Part shown: one piece after another, positions 20,303 through 31,001 of the stretch
How positions within the stretch are numbered: position 1 is the stretch's first letter
Layout of the letters: every line of letters begins with the position of its first letter
From: an uncultured Sphingobacterium sp.
GTDB taxonomy: Bacteria; Bacteroidota; Bacteroidia; SpSt-205
Assembly: GCA_964489015.1 (NCBI GenBank)
Contig: CAZAXD010000007.1
Location: 2,257 to 66,256, forward strand
Direction: 5' to 3'
Length of the DNA: 64,000 nt
Notes under the pieces: model-generated
Databases searched by the model: none
Seen by the model: only the letters and a program-made list of their open reading frames with translations
Told to the model about the DNA's origin: nothing
Translations under genes and position numbers: made by a program

Positions 20303-20950
20303 TTAAGGCCAGCAGGCCGCTAAGTAAAAGACTTGTCCCCCCTTTTTGCGCTGAAAGTCTGTCTCGACCCAGGCAAGGGGGGATAAGGGCTCCCCCTCTG
20401 CACCTAGCTTGGCCATGGCACAAAGCTGCGCACCCGAGAGGACGAGCTGCTCCTGACTGTAGCGCCACAGGCTTTCAGAATCCGTTTTGAGATGAAGAAG
20501 GCCGCCCGGCGCTAGAATGCGGGTGTATTGACGCAGAAAGCGCGGATGCGTCAAGCGGTGCTTCGCTTGCCGGGCCCGAGGATATGGATCAGGATACGTA
20601 AGCCAAAGCTCCGAGACTTCGCCAGGTGCAAACAAATGCTCCACCAGGAGCCCATCCGCCTGGCAGAAGTATACGTTGGTAAGGCGACGATCTGCGGCCA
20701 AGCGTACCCCGTGCCATAAGCGATCTGCCTTTCGATCGATACCTACGACGAGCCCATCGGGCCGAGCCGCTGCCGCCCCTATGGCAAAATCACCTTTTCC
20801 GCAGCCTAGTTCTACCAAAAGCAAGGCCGCCGCTGGCTTGCCCAGTTGAGCTCGCCACGCCCCAGCAGGAGGTATCCGCCCCCCATAAAGCGCATATGGG
20901 CTGGCCTGATAACGCCGCCGCTTCTCCAGCTTGCCTAACACCTGCGTCAA
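20303..20950 (-). CDS. trmB: tRNA (guanine-N7)-methyltransferase
   Basis: VELGCGKGDF, GIDRK, LTYPDPYPR, RLTHPRFL, HLKTDS, ETDFQ. Start uncertain. Confidence 0.9.
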   Translation of the reverse strand: MTQVLGKLEKRRRYQASPYALYGGRIPPAGAWRAQLGKPAAALLLVELGCGKGDFAIGAAAARPDGLVVGIDRKADRLWHGVRLAADRRLTNVYFCQADGLLVEHLFAPGEVSELWLTYPDPYPRARQAKHRLTHPRFLRQYTRILAPGGLLHLKTDSESLWRYSQEQLVLSGAQLCAMAKLGAEGEPLSPLAWVETDFQRKKGGQVFYLAACWP

Positions 20951-21042
20951 AAAAACGATCTTTTGCCCGCAGCACCTCCCTGCCAGCGCAGCCGCTGGCT
21001 AGATCACCCAACCGAACCTTTGGTCGAAACGCCAAAAATGCC

Positions 21043-21050
21043 TAACTTTG
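21043..21050 (+). promoter_or_regulatory. -7 element TAACTTTG (hmgA), with TTTG -33 element at 21019-21022
   Basis: TTTG-N20-TAnnTTTG spacing fits the Bacteroidota consensus; 4 nt spacer to ATG 21055. Confidence 0.78.
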
Positions 21051-21054
21051 GGGC

Positions 21055-22242
21055 ATGCCTTATTATGTAAAGGCCGGACAAGTGCCATCCAAGCGCCACA
21101 TTCAGTTTCGCAATAACGGGAAGCTCTTCAGCGAAGAGCTCGTTAGTACCGAAGGCTTCTCGGATTTATATAGCCTCATCTATCATGTGCATCCGCCTAC
21201 GACCGTACGAGCCATAGCGGAGCAGACCTTGGACCTCCAGCCCAAGGCAGCTGTACCCAACAACATGCAGCATCGGGCGTTTCGGGGCTTTCAGGTCCAG
21301 CCCAAAGCCGATTATTTAGAGAGCCGAGTGATTGTGCTCTTCAATGAAGACGTGCACCTCGCCCTGGCCGCCCCCACGCAAGGCTTCTCGGATTACTTCT
21401 ACAAAAACGCCTCTGCGGATGAGCTCATCTTCGTCCACGAAGGGACCGGCGAACTGCGGACCGGTTACGGCCGAGTAGCCTTTGGACCTGGTGATTATTT
21501 ACACATTCCCCGCGGTACGATTTATCAACTGCACTTTGACACGCCCCAAAATCGCCTCTTTATCATAGAGTCTTACTGTGGTGCCATCCGCTTCCCCCGT
21601 CGCTACCTCAATGAATACGGCCAACTGATGGAGCATGCGCCCTTCCATGAGCGCGACCTGCGCCCCCCCAAAGACTTAGAAACCCATTACGAAATCGGGG
21701 AATTCGTGGTCAAGATCAAAAAGCGAGGCGAGCTTTTCACGTACGTTTATGCTACGCACCCCTTCGACTTTGTGGGCTGGGACGGCTGTCTCTACCCTTA
21801 TGCTTTTTCGATCCACGAGTTTGAGCCGATCACGGGCCGGGTGCATCAGCCGCCGCCCGTTCATCAAAACTTCGAAGCGCGACAGTTTGTCGTCTGTTCC
21901 TTCGTACCCCGGCTTTATGATTATCACCCGCTGGCGATCCCAGCGCCTTACAATCATAGCAACGTCGACTCCGACGAAGTGCTCTACTACGTAGAGGGCG
22001 AATTCATGAGCCGTAAACACGTGGAGCGCGGCATGATCACCCTGCATCCGATGGGAATCCCGCACGGGCCGCACCCCGGCGCCGTGGAACGTAGCATCGG
22101 CGCCAAAGAAACCCGAGAGCTAGCTGTCATGGTAGACACCTTCCGTCCCCTCGCCATCACGTCAGAGGCCCTTGCCATCGAACAGCCTGATTATTTCGTT
22201 TCTTGGCTTCCAGACAACCTTCAACTCTCGCAAAAATCCTAA
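21055..22242 (+). CDS. hmgA: Homogentisate 1,2-dioxygenase
   Basis: NASADE, FVVCSFVPR, PYNHSNVDSDEVLYY, HGPHPG. Confidence 0.93.
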   Translation: MPYYVKAGQVPSKRHIQFRNNGKLFSEELVSTEGFSDLYSLIYHVHPPTTVRAIAEQTLDLQPKAAVPNNMQHRAFRGFQVQPKADYLESRVIVLFNEDVHLALAAPTQGFSDYFYKNASADELIFVHEGTGELRTGYGRVAFGPGDYLHIPRGTIYQLHFDTPQNRLFIIESYCGAIRFPRRYLNEYGQLMEHAPFHERDLRPPKDLETHYEIGEFVVKIKKRGELFTYVYATHPFDFVGWDGCLYPYAFSIHEFEPITGRVHQPPPVHQNFEARQFVVCSFVPRLYDYHPLAIPAPYNHSNVDSDEVLYYVEGEFMSRKHVERGMITLHPMGIPHGPHPGAVERSIGAKETRELAVMVDTFRPLAITSEALAIEQPDYFVSWLPDNLQLSQKS

Positions 22243-22248
22243 GGACCT

Positions 22249-23382
22249 ATGAGCACGATAGCGCCTACAACGCATCCTATCGAAACAAAAGAAAAAGACT
22301 TTCTCCCCATCTTGGGCACGGACTACGTAGAATTTTACTGCGGCAACGCTAAGCAGTCCGCCTATTATTATCAGCACGCTTTCGGCTTTCAGCCTGTGGC
22401 TTATCGGGGTCTCGAAACAGGTCACCGCGAAACTGCTAGTTACGTGCTTAGACAAGGAAAAGTCACCCTAGTCCTAACCACGCCTTACCACCCCGGCAAT
22501 CCCATTGCTGATCACATTTATCGGCATGGGGACGGCGTGCGCACGATAGCCCTGTGGGTGCCCGATGCTACCAAAGCCCATGAGGAGACTACTCGCCGCG
22601 GTGCCAAATCTCTCCTTCCACCCACGCGGCTCCAAGATGAGCATGGTTATGTCGTCCTGTCCGGCATCCACACCTACGGTGATACCGTTCATATCTTCGT
22701 GGAAAGGAACCATTACCAAGGCCCCTTCTTACCGGGTTTCATACCCTGGTCAGGCTTTGGTAAAAGTGAGCCTATCGGGCTTAAGTACGTGGATCACATC
22801 GTCGGCAATGTGTATCTCGGCGAGATGAATCAATTTGTGGCCTTTTACCGAGATGTCATGGGCTTCTCACAGCTCGTGTCTTTTGATGACAAAGACATTT
22901 CTACGGAGTACTCGGCCTTGATGAGTAAAGTCATGGCCAATGGAAATGGCTATATCAAGTTTCCTATCAACGAGCCAGCCCAAGGTCGCCGTAAATCCCA
23001 GATTGAAGAGTACCTCGAATTTTACCACGGACAGGGCGCGCAGCACATCGCCGTAGCCACGGATGATATTATCAGCACGGTCCGGGAAATGCGGCGCCGT
23101 GGTGTGGAGTTTCTCGAGACCCCCCGTACTTACTATGAAGAGCTTCCCAACCGCGTGGGTTCTATTGACGAACCCCTAGAAACTCTGGCGGAACTCGGTA
23201 TTTTGGTAGATCGGGATGACAAAGGCTATCTCCTGCAGATATTCACCAGGCCTGTGCAAGATAGGCCGACCGTCTTTTATGAGATTATTCAGCGCAAAGG
23301 CGCTAAGTCGTTTGGCAAGGGGAACTTCAAAGCCCTCTTTGAGGCGATTGAGCGAGAGCAGGCGCGCCGAGGCAATCTGTAG
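22249..23382 (+). CDS. hppD: 4-hydroxyphenylpyruvate dioxygenase
   Basis: DHIVGN, FPINEP, SQIEEYL, QHIA, LLQIFT, FYEIIQR, FGKGNFKALFEAIE. Confidence 0.96.
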   Translation: MSTIAPTTHPIETKEKDFLPILGTDYVEFYCGNAKQSAYYYQHAFGFQPVAYRGLETGHRETASYVLRQGKVTLVLTTPYHPGNPIADHIYRHGDGVRTIALWVPDATKAHEETTRRGAKSLLPPTRLQDEHGYVVLSGIHTYGDTVHIFVERNHYQGPFLPGFIPWSGFGKSEPIGLKYVDHIVGNVYLGEMNQFVAFYRDVMGFSQLVSFDDKDISTEYSALMSKVMANGNGYIKFPINEPAQGRRKSQIEEYLEFYHGQGAQHIAVATDDIISTVREMRRRGVEFLETPRTYYEELPNRVGSIDEPLETLAELGILVDRDDKGYLLQIFTRPVQDRPTVFYEIIQRKGAKSFGKGNFKALFEAIEREQARRGNL

Positions 23383-23384
23383 CC

Positions 23385-24569
23385 TTGCGCGATAAACTGA
23401 CTCGGGCCCTTCGTTTAGTGAAAACGAAGGGCTGGGTTTTTTTGCGAAGCACCTGGGCTCTTTGGGAGATGGCTGGGACAGCCCCCCGGCAACCACAAAG
23501 GGCTACCCGTGGCCTAGTACTTCCACGGCTCGATGGCATAGGTGACTTTTGGCTCTGGCTACCCCTGGTTCAGACTATCCGAAAAGCGGTTTCTCATCCG
23601 ATTCATCTCGTAGCCAATGCCCTTTGGGTCGATTTAGCGCAGGCAACAGGATTATTTGATCGGATAACCCCCATCGACCCTAGGCGCCTACGCCTTAGTC
23701 CCCGCTACCGCCAGAGACTCTGGCGCAGCCTAGCAAGCGCACCGGCCGAGTGCCTCTGGCACACCACGCCTCGTCGCCGTATCGCCGCAGAGGATAGTCT
23801 AGCCTGGTTTTGGCCGGCCTCCCAGCGAATCGCTTTTGCCCCTAGTCGAGACGCCGACGAGCCGTCTCTCTACCGCCGCTGGGTAGATAAACAGCTTTAC
23901 CAACAGCTCGTTCCGGTCGACTCCGAGTGGGAACATGAATGGACACGCTATCAGCGCTTTGCGCAGCATATGGGGCTAGGCGCGATAGATCTAAGCATCT
24001 ACGAGCGCTTGCGAGAGAGCTGGCTAGAGATTCCGAAGACAGAACCCTTTATTGCGGTACTCCTCGGCGCCGGCGCCTCCTTTCGGCTCCCCTCTTTATC
24101 GCTATGGCGTGATACGCTGCAGCTCCTGCACGAGCAGACACGCTGGCCTATCTGGTTATTAGGTAGCTCAGCAGAAGAGCCCCTCGCTAGAGCCCTTCAA
24201 ACGGCGCTCCCTTTCCTGCCACTCGTCAACTACACCGGTCAAACTCGTCTCCTAGAAACACTCGCTTACATCAAAGCAGCCGATCTCATTCTAGGACCAG
24301 AAACGGGGCTGGTCCATGTAGCTATCACCTGGCAAAAGCCCACTATCGTTTTCATGGGGGGCGGGCATTGGGGGCGATTTCTGCCTTACCCTGCGGAGAC
24401 GCCCTTCCCTCCACCTTTATTGCTTCACGAACTCATGCCTTGCTATCAGTGCGGCTGGCACTGTGTGCATACCCTGTCCCATCAAGCGCCTTACCCTTGT
24501 ATTCAGCGCCTATCGACGAAACCGCTCGCCGCAGAATTGCCTCGGCTCCTAACGAGGATAACGAACTAA
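23385..24569 (+). CDS. Glycosyltransferase family 9 (heptosyltransferase-like)
   Basis: RLDGIGDFWL, GQTRLLETL, GPETGLVHVA, GGGHWGRFLPYP. True start may be ATG 23469. Confidence 0.8.
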   Translation: MRDKLTRALRLVKTKGWVFLRSTWALWEMAGTAPRQPQRATRGLVLPRLDGIGDFWLWLPLVQTIRKAVSHPIHLVANALWVDLAQATGLFDRITPIDPRRLRLSPRYRQRLWRSLASAPAECLWHTTPRRRIAAEDSLAWFWPASQRIAFAPSRDADEPSLYRRWVDKQLYQQLVPVDSEWEHEWTRYQRFAQHMGLGAIDLSIYERLRESWLEIPKTEPFIAVLLGAGASFRLPSLSLWRDTLQLLHEQTRWPIWLLGSSAEEPLARALQTALPFLPLVNYTGQTRLLETLAYIKAADLILGPETGLVHVAITWQKPTIVFMGGGHWGRFLPYPAETPFPPPLLLHELMPCYQCGWHCVHTLSHQAPYPCIQRLSTKPLAAELPRLLTRITN

Positions 24570-25085
24570 AACGCGAATAGGGACTTGAAAGGGTTCTAAT
24601 GCTTTGTAGCCGCCTAACTCCTCAAGCTCGATCAGAAACGCAAAGCCAACGAGCTGGCCCCCGATTTGCTCGACGAGCTTGGCCGCTGCGGCCGCTGTAC
24701 CACCCGTCGCTAGAAGATCATCATGAATCAGCACCCGATCCCCCGGCTCCACGATGCCACGGGCCATCTCTATTGTAGCCGAACCGTATTCGAGTTCATA
24801 AGAGACACTGGCTGCGACTGCGGGGAGCTTGCCCTTCTTACGCACAATGCCAAAGCCCGCGCCCAATTGCAAGGCTATCATTGGCCCTAGTAAAAAGCCT
24901 CGGCTTTCTATGCCTACGACCTTATTCACGTCCAGCACCCGATAAAGCCGACTAAGCTCTTCCACGCAGCGCTCCACCAGCTTGGGTCGCAGAAAAAGCG
25001 GGCTAATGTCCTTAAACAATACACCTGGCTGGGGAAAGTCCGGGATTTCACGAATGACTCTACGAAGCTCCTTTTCTAGCAGCAT
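24549..25085 (-). CDS. apt: Adenine phosphoribosyltransferase
   Basis: PDFPQPGVLFKDI, GIESRGF, RKKGKLP, LEYG, HDDLLATGGT. Confidence 0.97.
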   Translation of the reverse strand: MLLEKELRRVIREIPDFPQPGVLFKDISPLFLRPKLVERCVEELSRLYRVLDVNKVVGIESRGFLLGPMIALQLGAGFGIVRKKGKLPAVAASVSYELEYGSATIEMARGIVEPGDRVLIHDDLLATGGTAAAAAKLVEQIGGQLVGFAFLIELEELGGYKALEPFQVPIRVLVRYPR

Positions 25086-25090
25086 TGGCG

Positions 25091-25098
25091 CAAATTTA
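25091..25098 (-). promoter_or_regulatory. -7 element TAAATTTG (apt), overlapping the upstream stop codon
   Basis: Perfect match whose first three bases are the TAA stop of the ComEA-like gene; 5 nt spacer to ATG 25085. Confidence 0.65.
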
Positions 25099-26046
25099 CT
25101 CGCCAGTGAGATAGGGTTCCAGCCGCACCCGCACTGAGTCTGGCAGCCAGCTGCGCCAGATCTCCGGCGGAATCGGCTTATCAGCCCAGTAAGCTCGCTC
25201 CCGCACTAGCGCTTTGGCTAGCCGCCAGGAGACGTAAGGATGTCGGGCCAGCTCTTCTATAGTAGCTGAGCGTAGCGAGAGCGGCGTCCCGCGCCGTTCC
25301 ACACGTAGATAAGGTAGTGCTTTCTGAAGGTTTTCTTCCCGTAAGCCCCACACCTCCCGCAGCTGATCCAGCGAAACATAATACCTAAGCTTTTCGCGAT
25401 AGCGTACGATACGCTCGGCCGTCTTAGGTCCTATACCTGGCAAACGTTCTAAATCCTCTACAGAAGCAGTATTTAGGTCTAGCATGGGAGTAGACGCCCC
25501 GCGAGTCAGAAATGGCCTCGTTCGCTGACCGATATACCCATAACGGCGCAGCCGATACCGTTCGATGCGCCACAGACCCCGAAGCGAATCTAGCGGCCCC
25601 CAACCCGAAAAGCCCCCTAGCTTGTACCGATACCGAATAAGCCGCCCAGCGATAACCGGCCGGCAGTACCGATGCCCTACAAGGGTCACGCTATCTACGG
25701 CGTTGAGGTCTTGAGGCAAAAAGGTATCCGATGGGAAATCACCCTTTAGGTACCGGCTCGCCAGCGCAAAGACGGAGTCCCCTAAAATTTCTTCTACCTC
25801 TTCCCAGCTACGCAAAGGACCCAACGTCCGAATAGCCTCCAAAAGCCAATGAACCCGACCCGGTGACCCCCCCGGGATATTCAAAAGCGCTAGGCTATCC
25901 GGCGCCTTAATGTCCACAGCTACCGGCTCTGTAGTGAGTCGCTGGCCGGGAAAAAGCTTAGACCAAGCCGTGACCGTGCTTACGCCGAGCCAGCTTATTG
26001 CCCATCCGATTAGACCCCACCAAGAAGGCCAGTATCGATAGCGCAT
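25096..26046 (-). CDS. ComEA-like helix-hairpin-helix DNA-binding protein
   Basis: LDLNTASVEDLERLPGIGPKTAERIVRYREKL plus further HhH repeats. Confidence 0.78.
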   Translation of the reverse strand: MRYRYWPSWWGLIGWAISWLGVSTVTAWSKLFPGQRLTTEPVAVDIKAPDSLALLNIPGGSPGRVHWLLEAIRTLGPLRSWEEVEEILGDSVFALASRYLKGDFPSDTFLPQDLNAVDSVTLVGHRYCRPVIAGRLIRYRYKLGGFSGWGPLDSLRGLWRIERYRLRRYGYIGQRTRPFLTRGASTPMLDLNTASVEDLERLPGIGPKTAERIVRYREKLRYYVSLDQLREVWGLREENLQKALPYLRVERRGTPLSLRSATIEELARHPYVSWRLAKALVRERAYWADKPIPPEIWRSWLPDSVRVRLEPYLTGE

Positions 26047-26073
26047 CTAATAGTAAATGTAACTTTTTTTGCA

Positions 26074-27534
26074 TTGGTGGCTTCCTCTAATCGGACAAAG
26101 GTAGCTGTAGGTGTGTTTATTCTCGTAGTCGGTTTAGGGATTAGGCTTTTTGACTTGGGAAAGGCACCGCTGTGGGGCGATGAAATTTTTAGCTGGATGA
26201 CGGCGCATTTACGCCCTAGCCACCTGATTAGTTATTTATATCAGGGCAATAATCCCCCGCTTTGGGAGCTGATTTTAAGCGCCTGGCTCAAATGGCGACC
26301 AGCGGGAGACCCAGCCAATCTGCGGTTTTTACAGGCTGTGTTTAGCGCCTTGACGGCGGTGGTTTTATTAGGGCTAGGATGGCGCTGGAGCAGCCTAGCA
26401 GCTGGCCTCACCTCTGCCCTGCTGTGGATATTTAGCACGTATGGGCAAAGCATTTGCCGAGAAGCCAGGGCTTATGGGCTGCTGAGCTTAATGAGCGCCA
26501 TCTGTCTATATGCGTTCTGGGGCTACTACCACTCCAGGAAGGGTTTCTGGACCTGGGCGGTCTCATCCATCCTAATCCTTCACGTGCACTACACGGGTGT
26601 ATTTTTACTAGGGGCTGAGGTCGTCTGGCTCCTGATTCGCTGGCGAACCGCAGCGTTTCCGGTGATTGGGCGTTATGGCCTAACGCTCCTCCTAGGTACT
26701 GGCTTAGGCTTTGTCGTCTGGTTTGACCGGATGTTGTCTTACAAGGCGACAGGATATGGTCCCCGCTTTTCGCACGAGAGTTTGTATAATCTGCTGTGGG
26801 CTTTCTCCAACGAGCCAGTTCCCACGGTGATAGCACTTAGTCTAATCGGACTAACGGCTATTTACCTTTACCGCAGTCGAACACACGCGACCAGAGCCCA
26901 AAATGCAAAGGAAACCCTACTTTTTTTCCTATTGTTAGTCGGGCTCTTAGTAATCATCGGATTTCGACAGCCCCTATGGCAAGCCCGCTATTTTGTACCG
27001 CTTAGCATCAGTTACCTCTGGGTCTTGGGCTCAGCAGTGGCTGTATGGCCCTCAAGGTTAAGACTTTTCGGCATGCTGATCCTTGTCGGCAGTTGGGTAG
27101 CCAGCTTTCGACTTCGGCCAGCGCCCATGAGCCCAGAAATGGTCCAGATCGGCCGCCTAGCAATGCAAAAGCCTCAAAATAGAGTCCTGCTCATCTCTCC
27201 CGATTACATGGCCCCGGTTTTAGCTTACTTTTTGAGAGAGGATACTACGCTTTTATGCAAAGACTGCGCTGACATCACATCTTACGCCATGTATAAGCTT
27301 GGCACCCATTACCGCATTTATGGTGCGTCTCATTATGCCAGCCTACCTGTTTGCGAGATACTTGCCCAAGATACTGTATGGTGGATAGATGATCACCTCT
27401 GTTCGGCTCAACCTGGGTCTCTTCTCGAAGTTCTGCTTTTAGAGGATTTCACACCGATTGCCATGGAGCGCCTGGCAAGGCGCAGTACTTTTATGACGCT
27501 GATTCGACGAGAGCCGAACCCATCAGCCGAATAA
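26074..27534 (+). CDS. Multi-pass GT-C fold glycosyltransferase (PMT/GT39-like)
   Basis: LWGDEIFS, NNPPLWELIL, EARAYGLL, QARYFVPL; many TM segments. Confidence 0.7.
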   Translation: MVASSNRTKVAVGVFILVVGLGIRLFDLGKAPLWGDEIFSWMTAHLRPSHLISYLYQGNNPPLWELILSAWLKWRPAGDPANLRFLQAVFSALTAVVLLGLGWRWSSLAAGLTSALLWIFSTYGQSICREARAYGLLSLMSAICLYAFWGYYHSRKGFWTWAVSSILILHVHYTGVFLLGAEVVWLLIRWRTAAFPVIGRYGLTLLLGTGLGFVVWFDRMLSYKATGYGPRFSHESLYNLLWAFSNEPVPTVIALSLIGLTAIYLYRSRTHATRAQNAKETLLFFLLLVGLLVIIGFRQPLWQARYFVPLSISYLWVLGSAVAVWPSRLRLFGMLILVGSWVASFRLRPAPMSPEMVQIGRLAMQKPQNRVLLISPDYMAPVLAYFLREDTTLLCKDCADITSYAMYKLGTHYRIYGASHYASLPVCEILAQDTVWWIDDHLCSAQPGSLLEVLLLEDFTPIAMERLARRSTFMTLIRREPNPSAE

Positions 27535-27576
27535 AATGTTTTTTGTACCTTGGACACGGTCCAAATCTAAATAACC

Positions 27577-29049
27577 ATGGCAGAGCATCTAACCCAGCCT
27601 TCTACCGACCCTCAAGCTATTCTCGAAACGCATTTAGAACGGGACTATCAGTGGGGGTTTGAGATAGATCTAGCCCAGGAAGTGGCACCAAAGGGGCTCT
27701 CAGAAGCCATCATTGAGTATATCTGGCAGAAAAAGGGAGAGCCTGCGTTTATGCTAGATTTTCGGATGCGGGCTTACCGCGCATGGAAAGCCATGCGTGA
27801 GCCCCACTGGCTCAATGCGCATTATGAGCCTATCAACTACCAGGATGCGTATTATTATGCTGCACCTAAAAGCATGGCAAACAACCGCCCTAAAAGCCTT
27901 GATGAAGTCGACCCCGAAATCCTCCGCATGTTTGAACGGCTCGGCATCCCCTTGCACGAACGCGAAGCCCTCGCCGGCGTCGCTGTCGATGCCGTTCTAG
28001 ATAGCGTCTCGGTCGCTACCACGTACAAAGAACGCCTGGCTAAAATGGGGATCATCTTTTGCCCTATGAGCGAAGCGCTTCAGAACTACCCCGACCTCGT
28101 CAAAAAATATCTAGGCACTGTCGTGCCTTACAATGACAACTTTTTTGCGTCCCTCAATTCGGCGGTTTTTAGCGATGGGTCGTTCGTCTATATTCCCAAA
28201 GGCGTACGCTGTCCCGTAGAGCTATCCACTTACTTTCGTATCAACGCCCGTAAAACAGGGCAGTTTGAACGTACGCTCATCGTGGCAGACGAGGGCGCTT
28301 ATGTAAGCTACCTAGAAGGCTGTACCGCCCCAGCCCGTTCCGAACATCAACTGCATGCGGCGGTGGTCGAGCTCGTCGCGCTGCCAGGTAGCTACATCAA
28401 ATACTCTACAGTCCAAAACTGGTATCCAGGTGACAAAGAGGGGCGCGGTGGGGTGCTCAATTTCGTCACGAAGCGCGGGATTGCCCACGAAAACGCTAAG
28501 ATTTCCTGGACGCAGCTTGAGACCGGGGCGGCTATCACCTGGAAATACCCCAGTGTCATCCTCAAAGGCGATAACAGTACGGGCGAATTTTATTCGGTAG
28601 CCGTCACCAATAAGCGCCAACAGGCGGATACGGGCACTAAAATGATCCACATTGGGAAAAACACCCGTAGCCGCATCGTCTCAAAGGGTATTTCAGCCGG
28701 CGAAAGCAATAACACCTATCGGGGCCTTGTTCAGGTCCTTCCTTCAGCCGAGAATGCCCGAAACTTCTCGCAGTGCGACTCGCTTTTGATCGGCTCGCAG
28801 TGCGGTGCCCATACCTTCCCTTACATTGAGACCAAAAACCCCTCGGCTATCATCGAGCACGAGGCCACTACGTCTCGAATCGGGGAGGATATTCTCTTTT
28901 ACTGCAATCAGCGCGGCATTCCTACCCAAGAAGCTGTCGAACTTATCATCAACGGTTATTGTCAGGAGATTCTGGCACAGATGCCTCTAGAATTTGCTCT
29001 GGAAGCCCGCAAGCTCTTAGCCATTAGCTTAGAAGGCAGCGTCGGATAA
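27577..29049 (+). CDS. sufB: Fe-S cluster assembly protein SufB
   Basis: [52 protein letters not shown]. Confidence 0.98.
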   Translation: MAEHLTQPSTDPQAILETHLERDYQWGFEIDLAQEVAPKGLSEAIIEYIWQKKGEPAFMLDFRMRAYRAWKAMREPHWLNAHYEPINYQDAYYYAAPKSMANNRPKSLDEVDPEILRMFERLGIPLHEREALAGVAVDAVLDSVSVATTYKERLAKMGIIFCPMSEALQNYPDLVKKYLGTVVPYNDNFFASLNSAVFSDGSFVYIPKGVRCPVELSTYFRINARKTGQFERTLIVADEGAYVSYLEGCTAPARSEHQLHAAVVELVALPGSYIKYSTVQNWYPGDKEGRGGVLNFVTKRGIAHENAKISWTQLETGAAITWKYPSVILKGDNSTGEFYSVAVTNKRQQADTGTKMIHIGKNTRSRIVSKGISAGESNNTYRGLVQVLPSAENARNFSQCDSLLIGSQCGAHTFPYIETKNPSAIIEHEATTSRIGEDILFYCNQRGIPTQEAVELIINGYCQEILAQMPLEFALEARKLLAISLEGSVG

Positions 29050-29067
29050 AACTCTTTCTGAAAAACT

Positions 29068-29820
29068 ATGCTGGAGATACGCGACTTACACGTTTCTGTC
29101 GAAGGAAAACCTATTCTAAAAGGTCTCTCCCTTTCTATCAAACCTGGTGAGATTCATGCAGTCATGGGGCCGAATGGCGCCGGAAAAAGTACCCTAGCCT
29201 CTGTACTAGCTGGCAAAGATGGGTACGACGTGCAATCTGGCCAAGTGCTATTCATGGGCCAAGATATTTTAGAGTTAGGCCCAGAAGAACGTAGCCACTT
29301 AGGACTTTTCCTGGCCTTTCAGTATCCCGTAGAAATTCCCGGCGTGAGTATGATTCAATTTTTGCGGGCGGCCCTCAATGCGCATCGGGCAGCTCGTGGG
29401 GAGGAGCCTATCGATACAGCCGAGCTCATGGCCCTCCTGCGAGAAAAAGCGGCGCTCCTCAAGCTTGACCCCGCCTTCCTGAGCCGAGGCGTCAATGAAG
29501 GCTTTTCGGGTGGGGAGCGCAAGCGAGCAGAAGTCTTTCAAATGGCCGTCTTGAATCCGCGTCTAGCGGTCCTGGATGAAACGGATTCCGGACTGGATAT
29601 CGATGCTTTGCGTATCGTAGCTCAAGCCGTCATGCAACTGCGCCATGCCGAAAATGCTTTTCTCGTCATTACCCATTATCACCGCCTGCTCCATTACCTC
29701 AAGCCCGACTTTGTGCACATCCTTGCCGATGGACGCATCGTTCGCACTGGCGGCCCTGAACTGGCGCTAGAGCTGGAGGAAAAAGGCTACGAATCGATCC
29801 TTGCCCAAGCTTCCCTATGA
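29068..29820 (+). CDS. sufC: Fe-S cluster assembly ATPase SufC
   Basis: GPNGAGKST, AFQYPVEIPGV, FSGGERKR, LDETDSGLDIDAL, ITHY. Confidence 0.98.
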   Translation: MLEIRDLHVSVEGKPILKGLSLSIKPGEIHAVMGPNGAGKSTLASVLAGKDGYDVQSGQVLFMGQDILELGPEERSHLGLFLAFQYPVEIPGVSMIQFLRAALNAHRAARGEEPIDTAELMALLREKAALLKLDPAFLSRGVNEGFSGGERKRAEVFQMAVLNPRLAVLDETDSGLDIDALRIVAQAVMQLRHAENAFLVITHYHRLLHYLKPDFVHILADGRIVRTGGPELALELEEKGYESILAQASL

Positions 29821-31001
29821 TAACGGCCAAAGCTTCAACCTTGTCCTTAGAAGAGGGGCTTAGGCACCTCTCTCAGCTTTTGTCCGGAAGCACTGAATAC
29901 CCTTTCTCCGGCGCTAAGCGACTTCAAGTAGATGAGTCTATCACTCGCTTAGAATCGCTGCTGCCAGGTGGAGCGTTGCATGAAGCTTGGAAATACACGC
30001 CCTTGACGCCTTTCAAGCTTCCCTGGGAACAAGCTACAGTCCAATTAGGAGAAGGGAGCGAGCTAGCCAGCGCTTTTACGCTGTTCGAATTAGAGACAAC
30101 AAGCGACTCTTTAGCTTTGGAGGTGCTGCCTGCACCCCGGTCGCCATGGGAGGTCCTCATCCCTCGAGCAGCAACCGCTGTCAATCACTTTCGCCTAGCG
30201 CAGTCTGGCCATTATAGCCTAGCCGTGCAAGCGCGCCAACCCCTGGGCGTGGCGCCCGCTTTTTACACCTTTCTCATCCCTGCAGAGGTCGAAGCGCATC
30301 TCTGGCTCTCCACAGCTATTCATCCAGAGAGCTTAACCCTGCTCAGGTTACATTTTCATCTGGGCCCACATAGCCGCCTTCATGTGTATTATGTCAATAC
30401 AGCCCAAGCCCAATCCGAGGGGGCGCTTCTGGTAGTGAGTTCGGCTCATGTGGCAGAGGGTGCGCAGTTCCATGGTTTACAGGCCTTACGGGATTATCAA
30501 TGGCTGCGTTTCGAAACGACTGCCCGTTTAGCTGGCCCAGAGGCGGAAGCCCATCTATACGGCTTAGCCGATCCGACCAGGGATCAAGTCCATGATACGG
30601 CTATTCGCATAGAGCATGCAGCCCCCCACACCCATAGTAATCAGCTTTTCCGTTCGATTACCTATAAAGGGGGACGCCGGGTATTTTTAGGACGTATTTA
30701 TGTGGACAGGACGGCTCAAAAAACCAATGCTTACCAGTCGCATAAAGCCATCTTATGGGAGCCCGGCGCCGAAGTGTATAGCCGACCGCAGCTAGAGATT
30801 TTCGCGGACGACGTGCGCTGCACCCACGGGGCTACCACAGGCTTCCTACAAGGAGACGCGCTGTTTTACCTTCAAGCGCGGGGTATTCCTAGAGAGCTAG
30901 CCCGTCGCCTCGTCGCCCGTGGCTTTTTAGCGGAAGCTCTCACCACCGTGCCTTCTGAACCCATGCAGGAGGCCCTGTTATCCCGATTCTTCCCCTTATG
31001 A
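29817..31001 (+). CDS. sufD: Fe-S cluster assembly protein SufD
   Basis: EAWKYT, AQKTNAYQ, PQLEIFADDVRCTHGAT, LFYLQARGI. Confidence 0.93.
   Translation: MITAKASTLSLEEGLRHLSQLLSGSTEYPFSGAKRLQVDESITRLESLLPGGALHEAWKYTPLTPFKLPWEQATVQLGEGSELASAFTLFELETTSDSLALEVLPAPRSPWEVLIPRAATAVNHFRLAQSGHYSLAVQARQPLGVAPAFYTFLIPAEVEAHLWLSTAIHPESLTLLRLHFHLGPHSRLHVYYVNTAQAQSEGALLVVSSAHVAEGAQFHGLQALRDYQWLRFETTARLAGPEAEAHLYGLADPTRDQVHDTAIRIEHAAPHTHSNQLFRSITYKGGRRVFLGRIYVDRTAQKTNAYQSHKAILWEPGAEVYSRPQLEIFADDVRCTHGATTGFLQGDALFYLQARGIPRELARRLVARGFLAEALTTVPSEPMQEALLSRFFPL

Noticed and set aside
20982-20999. Hairpin GCCAGCG-CAGC-CGCTGGC between trmB and hmgA
   Set aside because: It lies between divergent starts with no U-tract, so I cannot assign a function.
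21055-23382. hmgA-hppD as a novel pigment cluster
   Set aside because: Both look intact and are ordinary tyrosine-catabolism genes; the missing fumarylacetoacetase gene is probably elsewhere in the genome.
23453-23471. GGAG before ATG 23469 as a Shine-Dalgarno site
   Set aside because: It abuts the ATG with no spacing, and SD use is not expected in this phylum; it more likely reflects a degenerate -7-like motif or chance.
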